From positions 41,877,016-41,941,015 of the forward strand of contig NC_068997.1 of assembly GCF_001194135.2 (NCBI RefSeq): 64,000 nt of DNA, given 5' to 3'. Position 1 is the stretch's first letter. The number at the start of each line of letters is the position of its first letter. A program made the translations under genes and the position numbers. A model generated the notes under the pieces. It saw only the letters and a program-made list of their open reading frames with translations, did no database searches and was not told the DNA's origin. This stretch comes from Octopus bimaculoides. Its lineage: Eukaryota. Shown here piece by piece: positions 12,301 through 26,142 of the stretch.

Positions 12301-12309
12301 ATTTCAGTG
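12301..12309 (-). CDS. Candidate 9-nt microexon (cactgaaat)
   Basis: Minus strand: long AG-free pyrimidine tract, TGC about 10 nt upstream of the acceptor (tttgcttcgtag), donor at|gtaaaa. Speculative. Confidence 0.2.
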
Positions 12310-14125
12310 CTACGAAGCAAATGGTTTGAGAAAGAAAGTCAAACCAAAACGGTGTCGATTTCAGCTTTTATAAAAAGGTTACACAATGAGGACTTACTGA
12401 TGAAATGGTAAAAGAACAGTTAAAGACAACAATCAAAAGATACCTGATTATGAATATTCTAAACTTATTATTGTTATTTTTAAACCCATTAAGATTTTTT
12501 AAGCAACTACTTACATATGTAGTCAGAAAGGTCTATAGTTTGATTAACTTTCTAATATATAAATACACACTCTGTCCAGGCACTCCCAACTTGCTCGTCT
12601 CTCCCCTTCATGTCCCTCATCCACATCAAGCCCCACACTAAATCATTTTCCCCTATCTTTCTGGTATTTCTTGCCTGGAGGGTTGACACAGCAGAAAAGA
12701 AGGCCTGAAAAAGAATGCCCATATTTTGACTGTCAACTTACAACTGTTTAGAGAAACATTAACTGTGTCAATCTCTCATTTATTTCAGAGGGTTTGTGAT
12801 GTGGCCATGGCAACAGCACTTTACTTCAGAATAAACCAGCAAAATATTTAAGAATTCGAAGTGCAATAGGAAGGAAGGGAACATTGCCAATTATTTATTT
12901 ATGAAGGTCTGCATAGTTAGTTTCCAGTGGGAACCCAGAATAAAATCTTATTCAGTGATCAATTTTCTTAAAAGGTATTAATTGCATTGTGTCTAGACAA
13001 GTGCTTAATTCTAATTTTAAATGACTACCACTGACTACCGCTACTACTATTACTACCATAACCATTCTGTTCTGACTTCTTTGTGTCATTTTATTTCAAT
13101 TTGGATTATACACAGCAAAAACAAAAACCCCAGAAGACTCACCATAATATATTAACATGACAAGGAAACCTGACATTATTCAATAGGTTTAACTTCCATC
13201 TACTCAAAATACTTATAAAATTCAATATTGCTGAAATCCATAAATATAATAAAATAAAATTTAAGAAATAGTTACTATGACTACACATCAATATTTAAAT
13301 TCTAAACAGTATAACCACTCTTAAGATTGAACTTCAAGCTAACAAAACAAAGATATCTATTGCAAAGAAAAGTGTGAAACATTGATTAAAAAAAATTTCT
13401 TTCATGCAAATACTTCAATAATCTATTGAGAAGACTTAATAGAGAAAATGCTGAATTTGAAATATGAAAATGGAGTCTTTACATACAGCTTTATTTCCCT
13501 TCTTAGTGGGAATTATATTAGAATACATAAAAGTGACGATAATGATGAAAATCCATAACATGGCTGAAATACCATCGTCTTCAAACTGAACTAAACACAA
13601 ACAAAAACCAACTGCTCTCAGCCCACAAAAGGTTTCTTTACTACTTCTTAATTGTAACCTATTACTGATGTTTGGGAGTTTTGATGCCAACAGTTTAGAA
13701 ATATCACTCACCTGCTTACATATACAGGCAATATTTAGTGCAAGACCTGATACCAAGAAAACAACCAGAGAAGTGAATCCTCGCCATGCCACAATCTCAA
13801 ACATTTGTATCAATCATTTTTATCATCACAAAACGGACTGCTACACACAGAGCTCACATTGATTATTGGCTCGTGTCTTCCATGCTCTTTATATAATATG
13901 GTGTGTGAACATCCTTCAAATTCAGTTTGATCTAGCTTAAACAGTTGAAAGTAGATGTGGTAGTTGTTTAGGCTTTGAAGTATCAGCTAAGTCAAATTCA
14001 AGTACATACACCTCATCACATTTATTATAGTAAATGAATAATAAATGTGTAAACTGGGGGCGAAGTACAGGGTTTCCTACCACAGATGCTGTAAGAGAAA
14101 AGCAGATGATGATGATTAACTTTAA

Positions 14126-15450
14126 CCCATAACTGGCTGGAAGTTATTCGCCTTTATTTGTTTGAACTGGCTAAATCTGGCCATATCTGATTTCTTTATG
14201 AAAATGCTAAAAAAGTAAACAAATCACATTACTGAATTCTCATAGCTTTGAGATAATGCGAGATAAAGCCTTTACCGCCTTTATTCAAGTAAAAATACAG
14301 TGAAATTTTGGAGACTTCTTGGTTTTTTTTCAATGTTTGAAGAGAAGTGTATATCTTAGTTTTTAATGATATGGCGTCAGCAAGTAGCAATTCCAACTTC
14401 AAAGATTTTACTCTTGATGATGTACAAAATATGAACAAAAGCAACAGTGATTTGTCTTCGGACGAATCATATTGACATTTATGAATCTTCATTGGACGAC
14501 GAAGATTTTGATAATGAAAGTGATAAAAATGAAACTGATATAGAAAACATTATGGCAACATGGTTGAAGATTACTACATCAACCAGAATTCCTGATTTTA
14601 CAGAAAAGACCAGTCCAAAATACAGTCTATCTCCCAATTGAACTATTTATTTTTATTTTTACTGTAAAGTTTTTTTGAAACTGTTGCAGAGGAAACAAAT
14701 GCTAAAAACATAATTTCTATTCACGGAAGACCCGATCCACCATGGCAGCCAACTGATGCTGTGGAAATGCAAGCTTTCTTTTACTATACACCTTATGCTT
14801 GGTATCAGGCAGCTTCCTCAACTGTGGAACTACTAGAATCTTGATATAAGGTGTGGTGATCCATATACCTTCAGCATTTTTGCTTTTCATCCTTTTGGGA
14901 TCAATAAATTAAGTACTTGTTGTTTACTGGGGTTGACCTAATTGACCAGCTCCACCTCCCAAAAACGCTTGGGCCTTGTGTCAAGAGTAGAAAAGATTGT
15001 CTAACAATAGTTAATTCATATATTGTTTATGTAAAAAGCCACAAGGTGCCTCCACCACCAAAGACTTCAACTATTTGAAATTTTGGGTTGACATCACATC
15101 TCAGTTACGTGAGGGCTTTTCTTCCAGAAAGCACAGAACTGGGAGAAAAACGTAACTAACTGAGGTGGATGTCAACAGAGAAAATATTAACTTTCATAAA
15201 GTTGAAAAAATAAATGGAAGGAAAAAAGTTTGCAGATTGTGTTCACTGCAAAAAAGAAAAACTGCGAAAGGATATCAGGTCGAGACCTCATATATTTGTT
15301 AGTTTTGCAAAATGCCCTTGTGTAAAAGGGGTCTTTGGACAGTTTCATGATAGAATATGGCGTAACTATATTTTGCTGTTTGATAGTAATACTATCATAT
15401 ATTCCTTTCATTTTATTACAAATAATATGTGAAAATGAGAAATACATATT
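14126..15450 (+). mobile_element. Internally deleted piggyBac-like DNA transposon (transposase pseudogene)
   Basis: TTAA (14122-14125) then CCC. ATG at 14371 leads to an acidic N-terminus (SSLDDEDFDNESD), then IPDFTEK, FETVAEETNA, WQPTDAVEMQAFF and LGIRQLPQLWNY. Cys-rich C-terminus DCVHCKKEK...CPC at 15214-15350. The DDD catalytic core is absent and a family B SINE lies at about 14880-14998. The right terminus was not found. Confidence 0.8.
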
Positions 15451-16966
15451 AATTTTCAGTATGTTACACACCTGTATTCACCTTTGCTTCACCTGTTAAT
15501 GAGCTTTTTTTTTATTAGATGCATTCTGTTATGTAAATGTATTCATTAAATTGTATAAGAGTACATAGCCAATGGCATATTGACTAGTAAAAGAGTTTTG
15601 TACTTTATTTTCAATGAAAAAGTTTGAATGAAATATAGAGAAAGAAAATCTTTACTTGTATTTAATGAATTCAAATTAATCTACCTCATCTTGAAAAGTG
15701 GCAAAATTGTAGGTGGTTTACATTTGGGATAATTTTAGTAACAAATCAAACAGGTAAGATGTATTAAGAATTTCAATTTTAGTGTTTATCCATAATATTA
15801 TTGCTATTACACCTGTTCATTAAATTTACCTGCCCATAAAAGTCAAATTTAATTAGCAAGATCAGCTAAAATTACATAGCTATAATCCACTGGTATATAA
15901 GCACCCACTGACAAAATTTCAAATCTGTATGTAAAAAATTAACAAAATTTATAAACAAACATTGTAGACACCCCTCTTGAACCTGGATAATTCAAAATAA
16001 CGTGAACAAATAAGTATTACATTTGACATTAATCTGAACACTAAAAGGTTAAAGTCCCTTACCATAAGTAACTGCAACTGACACCAAGTCTTGAATTGCA
16101 TGTCAGCACTTTCCAAGAAGTGTCATTAATTGGGGCTAAAAAAATAGTAACTAAGCACTCTTCTGTGTAAGAAACAAAGTTTAGCCTCATTTTAAAATAA
16201 TGACCCATTTACATTATGCCTGTTTACTTTCTCAGATTATCAAGTGTATTTTTTCACATTTTCCTTCTGGTATTTGACTACCATTGCAACAGATAACTTA
16301 AGCAGTGAGTTAGAAATCAGTTATATTATTATCAATTTATTTATTAATGATATATCTATTATTATTTATTAATGATTTAATTAGAGAAGGAGAGTTTAGA
16401 CTTGGGTAAAATAATGAGAATGATATTTCAATGTCGTCTATACACATCAGTGATCTAAGTGATTCTGACTGGAATTTATGTCAAAGTCATTGATTCTGAG
16501 CAGGAATGAAGCGATCACACAGCTGATCATTGCATCAATACTTTCATGAGGCTCACAAAATTTTTCAGCTTAATATTTTCTTTACCATTTTTTCCTGAAG
16601 AAATTTTTGTCAGGAGGAAATGAAATTAAATGTCAAGTTGTGTAACTTCCAAGTTACAGAGATTATTGGAATACAAATTCATCTCTTAAAACAGAAAATT
16701 TATGCCCAGGAATCAATATCTTGAAATATCTGGGAAAACATTTACATGTAGTCAACTTATTTATAGTCAACCCATCTAGCCAGGTGACAGTGACATGACA
16801 ACAGGTAAAAACCAATTTCACAATGTATACCAACAATCATTACATCCCATAATCAAATTTCCTCTAAATTCATGCAATAGTTATATTTTTATGATTTTTT
16901 TTTCAGACTAAGTGTATACCATCAAAATATTTGGTTACTAACAGGACTGGGAGAATTTGTTAATCC

Positions 16967-17008
<42 letters not shown>

Positions 17009-17104
17009 TCTGAATTCATACTCATCTCTTCTCATCTTTCATATTGTATCTACAATCCTCATAAGAAGGGTACACAATTCCTTTTGTCCTGTCTTTCTTT
17101 CCTA

Positions 17105-17280
17105 CATGCAATGACAACTGAAAGCCACTGGAATTGAGCCTAAATCATTTGAAACACAAGCCCAAGACTGTACCAAGTGGCAGTGTCCCTTCACCATCAG
17201 AACCAAAAGCTTCAAAGTTACAAATGAGAGAAAGAAGAAATCAAGTAGCAGGAGAGAAAGGCTCAACAAAATCAGCTTCA
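17105..17280 (+). pseudogene. RTE/BovB-like LINE C-terminal coding remnant
   Basis: Translation LKATGIEPKSFETQAQDCTKW resembles the LKAxGIxPxxWExxAQDRxxW end of RTE ORFs. Confidence 0.45.
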
Positions 17281-17292
17281 TTGCTGTGTTAA

Positions 17293-17508
17293 CCCTTTCG
17301 ATACCAACCCAGCTGAAACAGCCTCTGACTCTGTAGTACAAATATCTTGTTTTCAAAAGTTCTGAATCAAAATCTTCCAGCAAACCTTAGTCACAATTTA
17401 TGTTCCTAACACTAGCTGAATGATAACTAAGTTATTTTACTAAATTCTTTGTTATATTTAAAATTAATTGAAAGAAACACAGAGCAGCTCAATATGGTAA
17501 CAAAAAGG
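17293..17508. mobile_element. Second piggyBac-type MITE (family M2)
   Basis: TTAA-ccctttcgatacc ... ggtaacaaaaagg-TTAA, with imperfect TIRs and TTAA on both sides. Confidence 0.7.
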
Positions 17509-18226
17509 TTAAAAGGGCTATGAAACAGGAAACACAAACCAACCCTTTATGAACTCAGCAAACTAAGAACAATGAATAAAAATAGATTAGTGTAACAGTC
17601 ATTATGTGAAATTCTAGAAAGGTCCAACACAGATTCTACCCATTAGAATTACTTTTTGACCAGCAAATAATAATCAATTTTGAGTGTGTATGAATTACAG
17701 TGCAACAAAAGAGGATTGTTTTAAAGATCTGACAAACATAATGACATTCCTAATTTCAAGCCACAATCTGTTGGACTACAGCAATATGAAATCTATAAAG
17801 TACACAGGGCAGAATAAACAATTTCTCTACAAACTTGAGACATTTACAAGGCTTAGAGTGACTACATCCAAGACTGTCAGGCTACAGAACATTATTTTGA
17901 TCAATAAAGCAAACTTCCATCAAAACTCAAGTTTTTTTTGTTTTTTTTTTAGATATTCCATACACACATGCATATATATATATATATATATATAGGTTCA
18001 AAAAAACACAAAAAACAATAACAAAAACACAACAAAGTGAGGACGTGATACGGATAGTGTTATTGGACGCTCGGGAAAGGAATATATATATATATATATN
18101 NNNNNNNNNNNNNNNNNNNNNNNNNNNNNNNNNNNNNNNNNNNNNNNNNNNNNNNAACTAGGAGATGTGAGTGAGTGTATATGAGAGTGAGTGAGAGAAT
18201 GTGTGTGTGAATATATATATTATGTG

Positions 18227-18279
<53 letters not shown>

Positions 18280-19189
18280 TGTATACACATCACACAGAGG
18301 GTGTGGGAGGTGTATAATACACATACACACACAAGCCATCTGCTTTATCCCAGCATTATATGAAGTATGGTTAATATCACTATGACTACATTACCCTACC
18401 ACCAACACATCACAACCAACACTGCCACCACCAATATCATCACTACTTCTCCTTGAAAATAATGGAGACATTATTGAAAGGAAGTTAATACATATTTTTC
18501 CCTTCTAGAATACATGATTAAATCAATGTAATGTTATACATTACATGCAAGTACATGTGTGTCTGTGTGTGAGAATATGAGGTACCATGGAATAAGAAGT
18601 AAAAGCCACAATTAACAGAGCCTGCAACCTGGTTTTGATTCCTAGCTAATGCTATCTCACTTCTTATATGCTGCTAATGGTATTGGAAAGGCACAAATGC
18701 CACAACTCCCATTCATTTTCTTTTGTTATAAATAGATCTCATCACCCATGAACAAATATTTCTGGTGAAGGTTCTATCTCACCAACATTTGAGTTAAATA
18801 TTCACTTATCATACACACAAAAACACACACAACTTTGTGGGTAAGAATTAAGAAGTTCACTTCACAAGATTCTAGGTTCAATCCCATTGCACTGCTCCTT
18901 AGGTAACTTGTTTTCCACTGAAGCTTGAGGTTGACTAGCGCTTTGTGCGTGGGATTTGATAGATGGAAACTATGCAGAAGCCCATCAGGCACACACACAC
19001 ACNNNNNNNNNNNNNNNNNNNNNNNNNNNNNNNNNNNNNNNNNNNNNNNNNNNNNNNNNNNNNNNNNNNNNNNNNNNNNNNNNNNNNNNNNNNNNNNNNN
19101 NNNNNNNNNNNNNNNNNNNNNNNNNNNNNNNNNNNNNNNNNNNNNNNNNNNNNNNNNNNNNNNNNNNNNNNNNNNNNNNNNNNNAGAGA

Positions 19190-19234
<45 letters not shown>

Positions 19235-19289
19235 GATAAAATAGCTAGATGTGGTTGGACAGTATCCAAAATAGAAAATAAGACTTTGA

Positions 19290-19420
19290 AATTTTATATG
19301 CTTCGACGTTAATACTAGAATGTTAACTTGTATTTTTATATAATGTTACCATATATATGCATTAATATTTTACATATAGACTCACTGCCGGACATATCCT
19401 TCATCAGCTGTCAACAAGAG
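19290..19420 (-). mobile_element. Probable Penelope-like terminal-repeat-derived element
   Basis: Minus strand gacagCTGATGAaggatatgtcc ... CGAAGCatat, a degenerate hammerhead-type signature. Confidence 0.3.
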
Positions 19421-19879
19421 ACAACAACAATTCCTGTACCTTCTGACAGTAAATATATAGCTCCCTCCAGTGGAGCCAAGTAACACTGAAGCAGTTATCT
19501 TAAAGAATCATAACATTCTGATTAATACTATAGGCTCAAATGTTGCATTAAGGCAAAACATTTATCCCATAAGTCGTATTTCTACCACCAGATTCTGCTA
19601 CATTTAACTGTAGAAACCATTACTGATAAATAATTTAGTCAGAAATCTCCCTTAGTTTATCTCTAGGGTGACTCTGCCTCCTACTACAGATGCTGTTATC
19701 ATTTCTACATTGGTTTGCACTATTTTTGAGTATACAGTTTCCATATCACCTGCAGTTAAAATTACATGATGCATCTGCCTGTTAGTTTCTTCCCAGCCAA
19801 ACTGCACTAAGCTGCTGTTTTATTTTTGCTTTCACATCAATTAAAAACCATCAGCACTCCAATAAAAACACCACCCACA

Positions 19880-20600
19880 CTTAACTCAATGTTCTTTTTG
19901 TAGAGAACCTAAACACAAATCAGTCGCAAAAAACTGTGGCAGCCTCAACTGTTTATTATATATAACTTGTATTATCATTATATATAACTTGCTTGTATTT
20001 GAAGTTAGCAAAACTTCTAGTAAAAGACCACCCAACTGCAACATAAAGGATCATAATTTTATACAATAACTATGCTCAACATAGCCAGTATTTGTAGTCT
20101 TTAATTTCAACACTATCGCATATATTCCTCCAATCTTTTTTCCCAGTCTCTTTCTGAAAATATTCTTGATTATTGCAGAATGTTAGTCAAAAGATTTTTG
20201 AAGATTTGTTTTAAATATCTGACAGTAGACATGACATTGCTGCCATTTTTAATAAAAATACCTAGAAAGGTTTCAGCATTTCAACTTGGAGAGTCATGAT
20301 GGCTTATGACAGCCTTTTGAATGTTTTTGTGTTATGAGGTAGTCATAACTCTAAACACACCATCCATATTTACCTGACAGCAAAGTTAGACAGTAAAACA
20401 AACTTAGTGATGGAGCAATAAACTACACATGGTCTTCAGTTATAATGTTCAATCCTCTCTAATTTCAATAATGAGACATCCAATCTGTTTTCTAAAGATC
20501 AACACTGAAACTTAGAAGATGCTGGTCTCTCAAAGTTAGTTACAGAAGTTAAACATATTCAACTACACAGTAACTTGGTACCTAACAGAATACTGCTAGG
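19880..20600 (-). pseudogene. Possible ancient hAT (Charlie/SPIN-like) transposase remnant
   Basis: LCCQVNMDGVFRVM loosely resembles the LCAKxLKMDHVMxVV segment of GTF2IRD2/SPIN transposases. Heavily decayed. Confidence 0.25.
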
Positions 20601-21115
20601 AAATATTTAAATTTTGGGTCAGGAAGTCTGGTAGACAACTATTTAAATACTTTTTAATATCTGTTGAATTTACATTTCCCCCCAAGATACACATCTTAGA
20701 GGAAATGTGCTTAGTTATATTTATGTCTTGAAGTAAATTAAATTTTAAACAAAAACCCAGCTAACACGTTTGTTATCATTAAGAATGTTAGAGATTTAAT
20801 CATTCTTTATTCTTTGTCAAATGTTATTCCAAAGGTCTTATTTGGTTAACACTTGAAGAGCTATCTAAAATAACTTGACATGGAAGCCTACATGTAAGCA
20901 TTCTAAGAGATAAATGAACATTCATTCTCTTTTTATTGTATCTGTTATTTCAAATCAAATTTACACTGTCAGCACCAATTATACTGGCCTGCCATATTGA
21001 ATAAATTAATTATATGATTAGTCTAGCTTAGTATATAAGATTCCACAAGTAATATCAACTTATTTCCTCTGCTCACAAAGTCATTTTTTCTTCTATAACA
21101 GGGGATAGGTGTTTG

Positions 21116-21179
<64 letters not shown>

Positions 21180-22589
21180 ATGCATATATAGTGCATGCGT
21201 AATAATATTTTAACTACTATTATGACAGTCTATGAAGTCAAAGGAAATAAAGATACGTAATATATCATAAAAATGTTTCAATTTCAATCAGACTTAAAGA
21301 CTATCTTATAAAACATAAGTAACAAGTCATATTCATATGATCATGATATTCATGTATCTCCAAAACAGCCAAAAAAGGGTTGCATGTGACTCCAGTACAA
21401 TAGGTTGCATTATAAACACACTGTAAAGTATTGTACATATAGTATCAAGCACTGATTCCCTTTCATGAGCTGAGTTCAAAATTTGTTAAATAGACAAGCC
21501 TTTCAAAAAAACTAGGGAGTGTTGAGAAAATCAGTTAAATACAAGAGTTCCTTCCTTGTGAAAGGTTTGGGATCCAAGTACATGGTTTAAATTGTATATA
21601 ATATAATGTAAAGCAATGTATAGTTTATACTGCATAGTATGTGTCTCTGTATATTGGAAAGGATTTCAAGTTAAACAATGCATTTAATAAAACATAGCTT
21701 TATTGTCTGTTTACTTCTAATTTCCCATAAAAAAAACATTTTTCAAAGATAAGTCAGTGATACATAAACAAAGGGAAGCCATCACAATAGACAATGTGAA
21801 GTAGAGACAGTCAGACAGACCTCTTGACTGCTCTAATTAAAAGCCAGAGGTCGACTGAGACAGAACTCAAGAGTTATGGTAGCAGTAAGTAACGTTTAAA
21901 AATTTCCTGCCATTCAAGTAAGTAGGCAAACTGAATGCAAACATTATCTGGCTGCAAGTTGTTAGCAGTTCAACTAATTTTGAGGTGTTATTTGAAGCAT
22001 TGTGATAAGTAAAAACTGATTAGGTTTGAAAACCAAACATTGTGCTTCATAAAAATATAGTTTTATTGTTATCTTCTTCAGAATCTCCTATCAGCACACA
22101 TGAACACATGCATGCAAGTGTGTGTGTGTGTGTGTCCCCCTGTCCCTATATAAAATATAACAATTTGACTCAGCTCCATATGACAAAGTCAAACTAGTTG
22201 TGAAATATATGCAGATCCCACCAAATATGTAGAGTGCCCCCTTCCTTGGTTTGTCCACTCACACATATGTGTGTCAGGGCATGTGGACAAGTGATTGTTG
22301 TTCTCACAATCCACAGATCATGGGTTTGGTTCCTGGACAAGGTAGTGCTTTGTGTTCTTGGGTAAAACATTTCTGCAATCACTTCAGCATATGACATATA
22401 ACACATTGTGCACTTGCACAGACAATGTTGATTCGAGTTGATTCGATAGAAAAGAGAGAGCTTATGTGTAGCAAGAAATTGTAGAACTGTCAGACTCGAG
22501 AGACTGCGATTATTAAAAGTGGGGTGGGGGCAAACTGGCAGGGTCATTACCACACCATTCTTGCTATACAGTCTGATTTTAAATGCCGC

Positions 22590-22870
22590 CAAGGTTGACT
22601 TTGCCTTTCAGGGATGAAAAAATAAGTATCAGCTGGGCAGTGGGGTCAATGTAATCAACCTATCCATCTCTCTAAACTTGCTGGCCTTGTGGCAAAATTT
22701 GAAACTATTATTATTTCATATAGCATATTTCATATGCTGGCCTTGTGCCAAATTTTGTAAATCATTATTATTTCATATAACCTCAGCAGAATTTGAACTC
22801 AGACCAGAAAGATGGATAAAATGCCACCAAGCACCTTGTCCAGCATGCTAATGATCCTGCCAGCTCACCT
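22590..22870. mobile_element. Family B SINE fragments in both orientations
   Basis: gactttgcctttca...aagtatcag...gctggccttgtg (plus), then gaatttgaactcag...ctgccagctca (minus-sense head). Confidence 0.7.
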
Positions 22871-22879
22871 CATTATCAT

Positions 22880-23385
22880 TATTATCATTGTTCAATATTT
22901 GATAAGTTTCAGGCAAATTTGCACTGCATCACCTGCTACACTTCTCTGTTGCTGGGATAGTGTGCAAACTCTTTCCGTTATAGTATTGTATTAGTTTCTT
23001 TTTTTGTTTTTATGAGGTACAGCAAAGTCTTTTGTTGTATTAGTGTTTGTATTGTGTTGTGTGTGTACTGCATTGGGTATCCAGCCTGCTGATGGTAGTT
23101 ATATTTCATTGGATATTTGCTGCACAGAGTGTCTTGTGTTTGTGGATTGTTTTGTTTAGGTTGTATAATTGAATTGATAGTGCCTTGCATAGAATGTGGG
23201 CTGTTCCTAGCAGGGCTATTTTTTGGATAGTGCATAGTGTTGAAGATCCAGGTATAGTATCTACGTTTTTGCTCAGATTTTTTTTATCAAGCCCAATGCT
23301 CCAATTATTACAGGTATTGTTTTCACCTTCATGCCCCACATCTTGAATACTTCAATTTCGAGGTCTTTGTACTTTGACAATTATT
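22880..23385 (-). pseudogene. 3' fragment of a restriction-like-endonuclease non-LTR retrotransposon (R4/Dong-like)
   Basis: Minus translation LSKYKDLEIEVFKMWGMKVKTIPVIIGALGLIKK / frameshift / IQKIALLGTAHILCKALS is the typical RLE C-terminus. The element ends in an AAT-rich tract. Confidence 0.8.
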
Positions 23386-23409
23386 ATTTAACAACAACAA
23401 CAACAATTT

Positions 23410-23609
23410 TGCCACAAGGGCAGCAATTTTGGGGGAGGGGATGAGTTGATTACATCAACCCCCAGTGTTCAACTGGTACTTATCTTATCGACCTTGAAAG
23501 GATGAAAGGCAAAGCCAACCTCAGCAGAATTTGAACTCAGAACATAGCAACGGGCGAAACAAGGCTAAGCATTTCATCCAGTGCACTAACGATTCTGCCA
23601 GCTTGCAGC

Positions 23610-23610
<1 letters not shown>
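23410..23610 (-). mobile_element. Family B SINE
   Basis: Same unit as in the 57950-59450 array, followed by an (AAT/AGT)n tract. Confidence 0.8.
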
Positions 23611-24403
<793 letters not shown>

Positions 24404-25129
24404 TGATGGACTCCTCAATCAAAGACAACATATCAGTTTTTGCCAAACAACCTGCACAAATGATTTGTTCACAGTGATCAAATGTATGTGCTGTACATTA
24501 GGTCACTCCCTCCATCAAATTGCTACTGCCTGAACAGGTGCACAGTGAAGATAGATTACATAAGAAAAAAATAAAAATAAAACAAGTTTGAATATTTTAG
24601 CTGAATACCAAGTATTCATAACCATTAAGGATCATAAAGAAAAATTTGCATCTAATCAGGTTAATTATGTCATTTAATTCCAAGATAGGATTGGTTAGTA
24701 AACAGATTCAGAACTAAACAATAGCATTAAGAAGGCCACCAACTAATACCAGTGGAATATCAGTTATGACATTATTTGCTGGCTTTTTGTTTTTTGTCCT
24801 ACCCATGCCAGCATGGAGCATGGACGTTAAGTAATGATGCTATCTAAAATTCCTTCATGCAGCACCCTAGATTTTGCCCAAGAGGTATAATGCAATCATC
24901 ATCATCATTATCAACATTTAATGTCTGTTTTCCATGCTGGCAAGGTTTGGACCAGACCAAGATTTGCACCAGGCTCCATAGTCTGTTTTGGGTTGGTTTC
25001 TACAACTGGATGCCTTTCCAAATACCAACCACTTTTCAGAATGTATTAGGTGCTTTTTATGTGGCACCAGCACCCAGACCAATGCTTCTTACAAGGTACC
25101 TCATAGTAATATAAAAATAATAATGCATG

Positions 25130-25820
25130 GTAGAAAAAGGCTGGACTTCAAGTCAAAACTTCTGGGCCCAACATGTTCAATCACTATAAGTAAGCAATCA
25201 TATGACTACAGAAAAAGAAGCATCACTAATATCATATGGTTTGCATCCAACATAAAATAAAATTTACCAAGAGACTTCCAAGCTCTAATAGACAAACTCT
25301 TCTCTCCTAATAAGCTATAGAAAATTTTCAAACAGACATGGCGCAAAACTAAGCTACAGTTACAACATGAACATGTAAAATATATCACATACAGAGACAC
25401 AAGTTAATATTCATGCAAAAACTTAAATAAATGCCTGATGGACAAACTATGCAATGCAGAGGCAATAATTTATGAAGCAAAGATCATTTCTAAAGAACCC
25501 AACCTACAAGTGATCTTGTCAAACAGAAAGGCAGCTTAAGCAAAGACTATTATAATCATACTTTCCATTAGAGGTGGGTGGCACATCAATAGAAGTTTTA
25601 GATTATTGTCCCTTAACTGATGTTAATTTTGGAGAAACTGCAAAAGTTGTTTTACTTTCTTTTAAAACCTTCTCTAGGTACATAGATACAAATCTCTTTC
25701 TTTGGGGTATATGGATATAAAGACCACAACACATTTGGCCAACTACATATAGAAGTTGGAAAAAATATCTTTAAGCTGGAGTGTCAAGTGGAAAATCATA
25801 TAGATACAAACCATACAGAA
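25130..25820 (+). pseudogene. Decayed Penelope-like element: RT thumb/linker plus GIY-YIG endonuclease
   Basis: Remnants RKRSITNIIWF, LFSPNKL*KIF, KCLMDKLCNAEAIIYEAKI, DYYNHTF and LANYI*KL...VKWKII occur in the order expected for PLE ORFs. Confidence 0.7.
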
Positions 25821-26083
25821 ATGTGAATGGTGTGCAGCAGAAGGAAAAAAAAAAGGAAAATACTAAAAAAAAAAAGAAGAAAAGAACAAGAAGAAAAGAA
25901 CAGAAAGAAAATCATAACCAAAACTTCTATTTAAATACCTAATCATAAATATTTCAGAAATACAGACACTTCAAAAAAGACTTATGCAACAGGAGCACCA
26001 CCTTCACCTGACAAAACACAAATGCATGGACATCTGATATTGCTTCACTTCAGAATGTCATTCTTTGCTTAATGTATGCGTGC

Positions 26084-26142
<59 letters not shown>

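Noticed and set aside
19430-19760. Two small minus-strand exon-like segments (ITASVLLGSTGG..., GDMETVYSKIVQTNV...)
   Set aside because: Weak or missing splice sites and no recognised homology.
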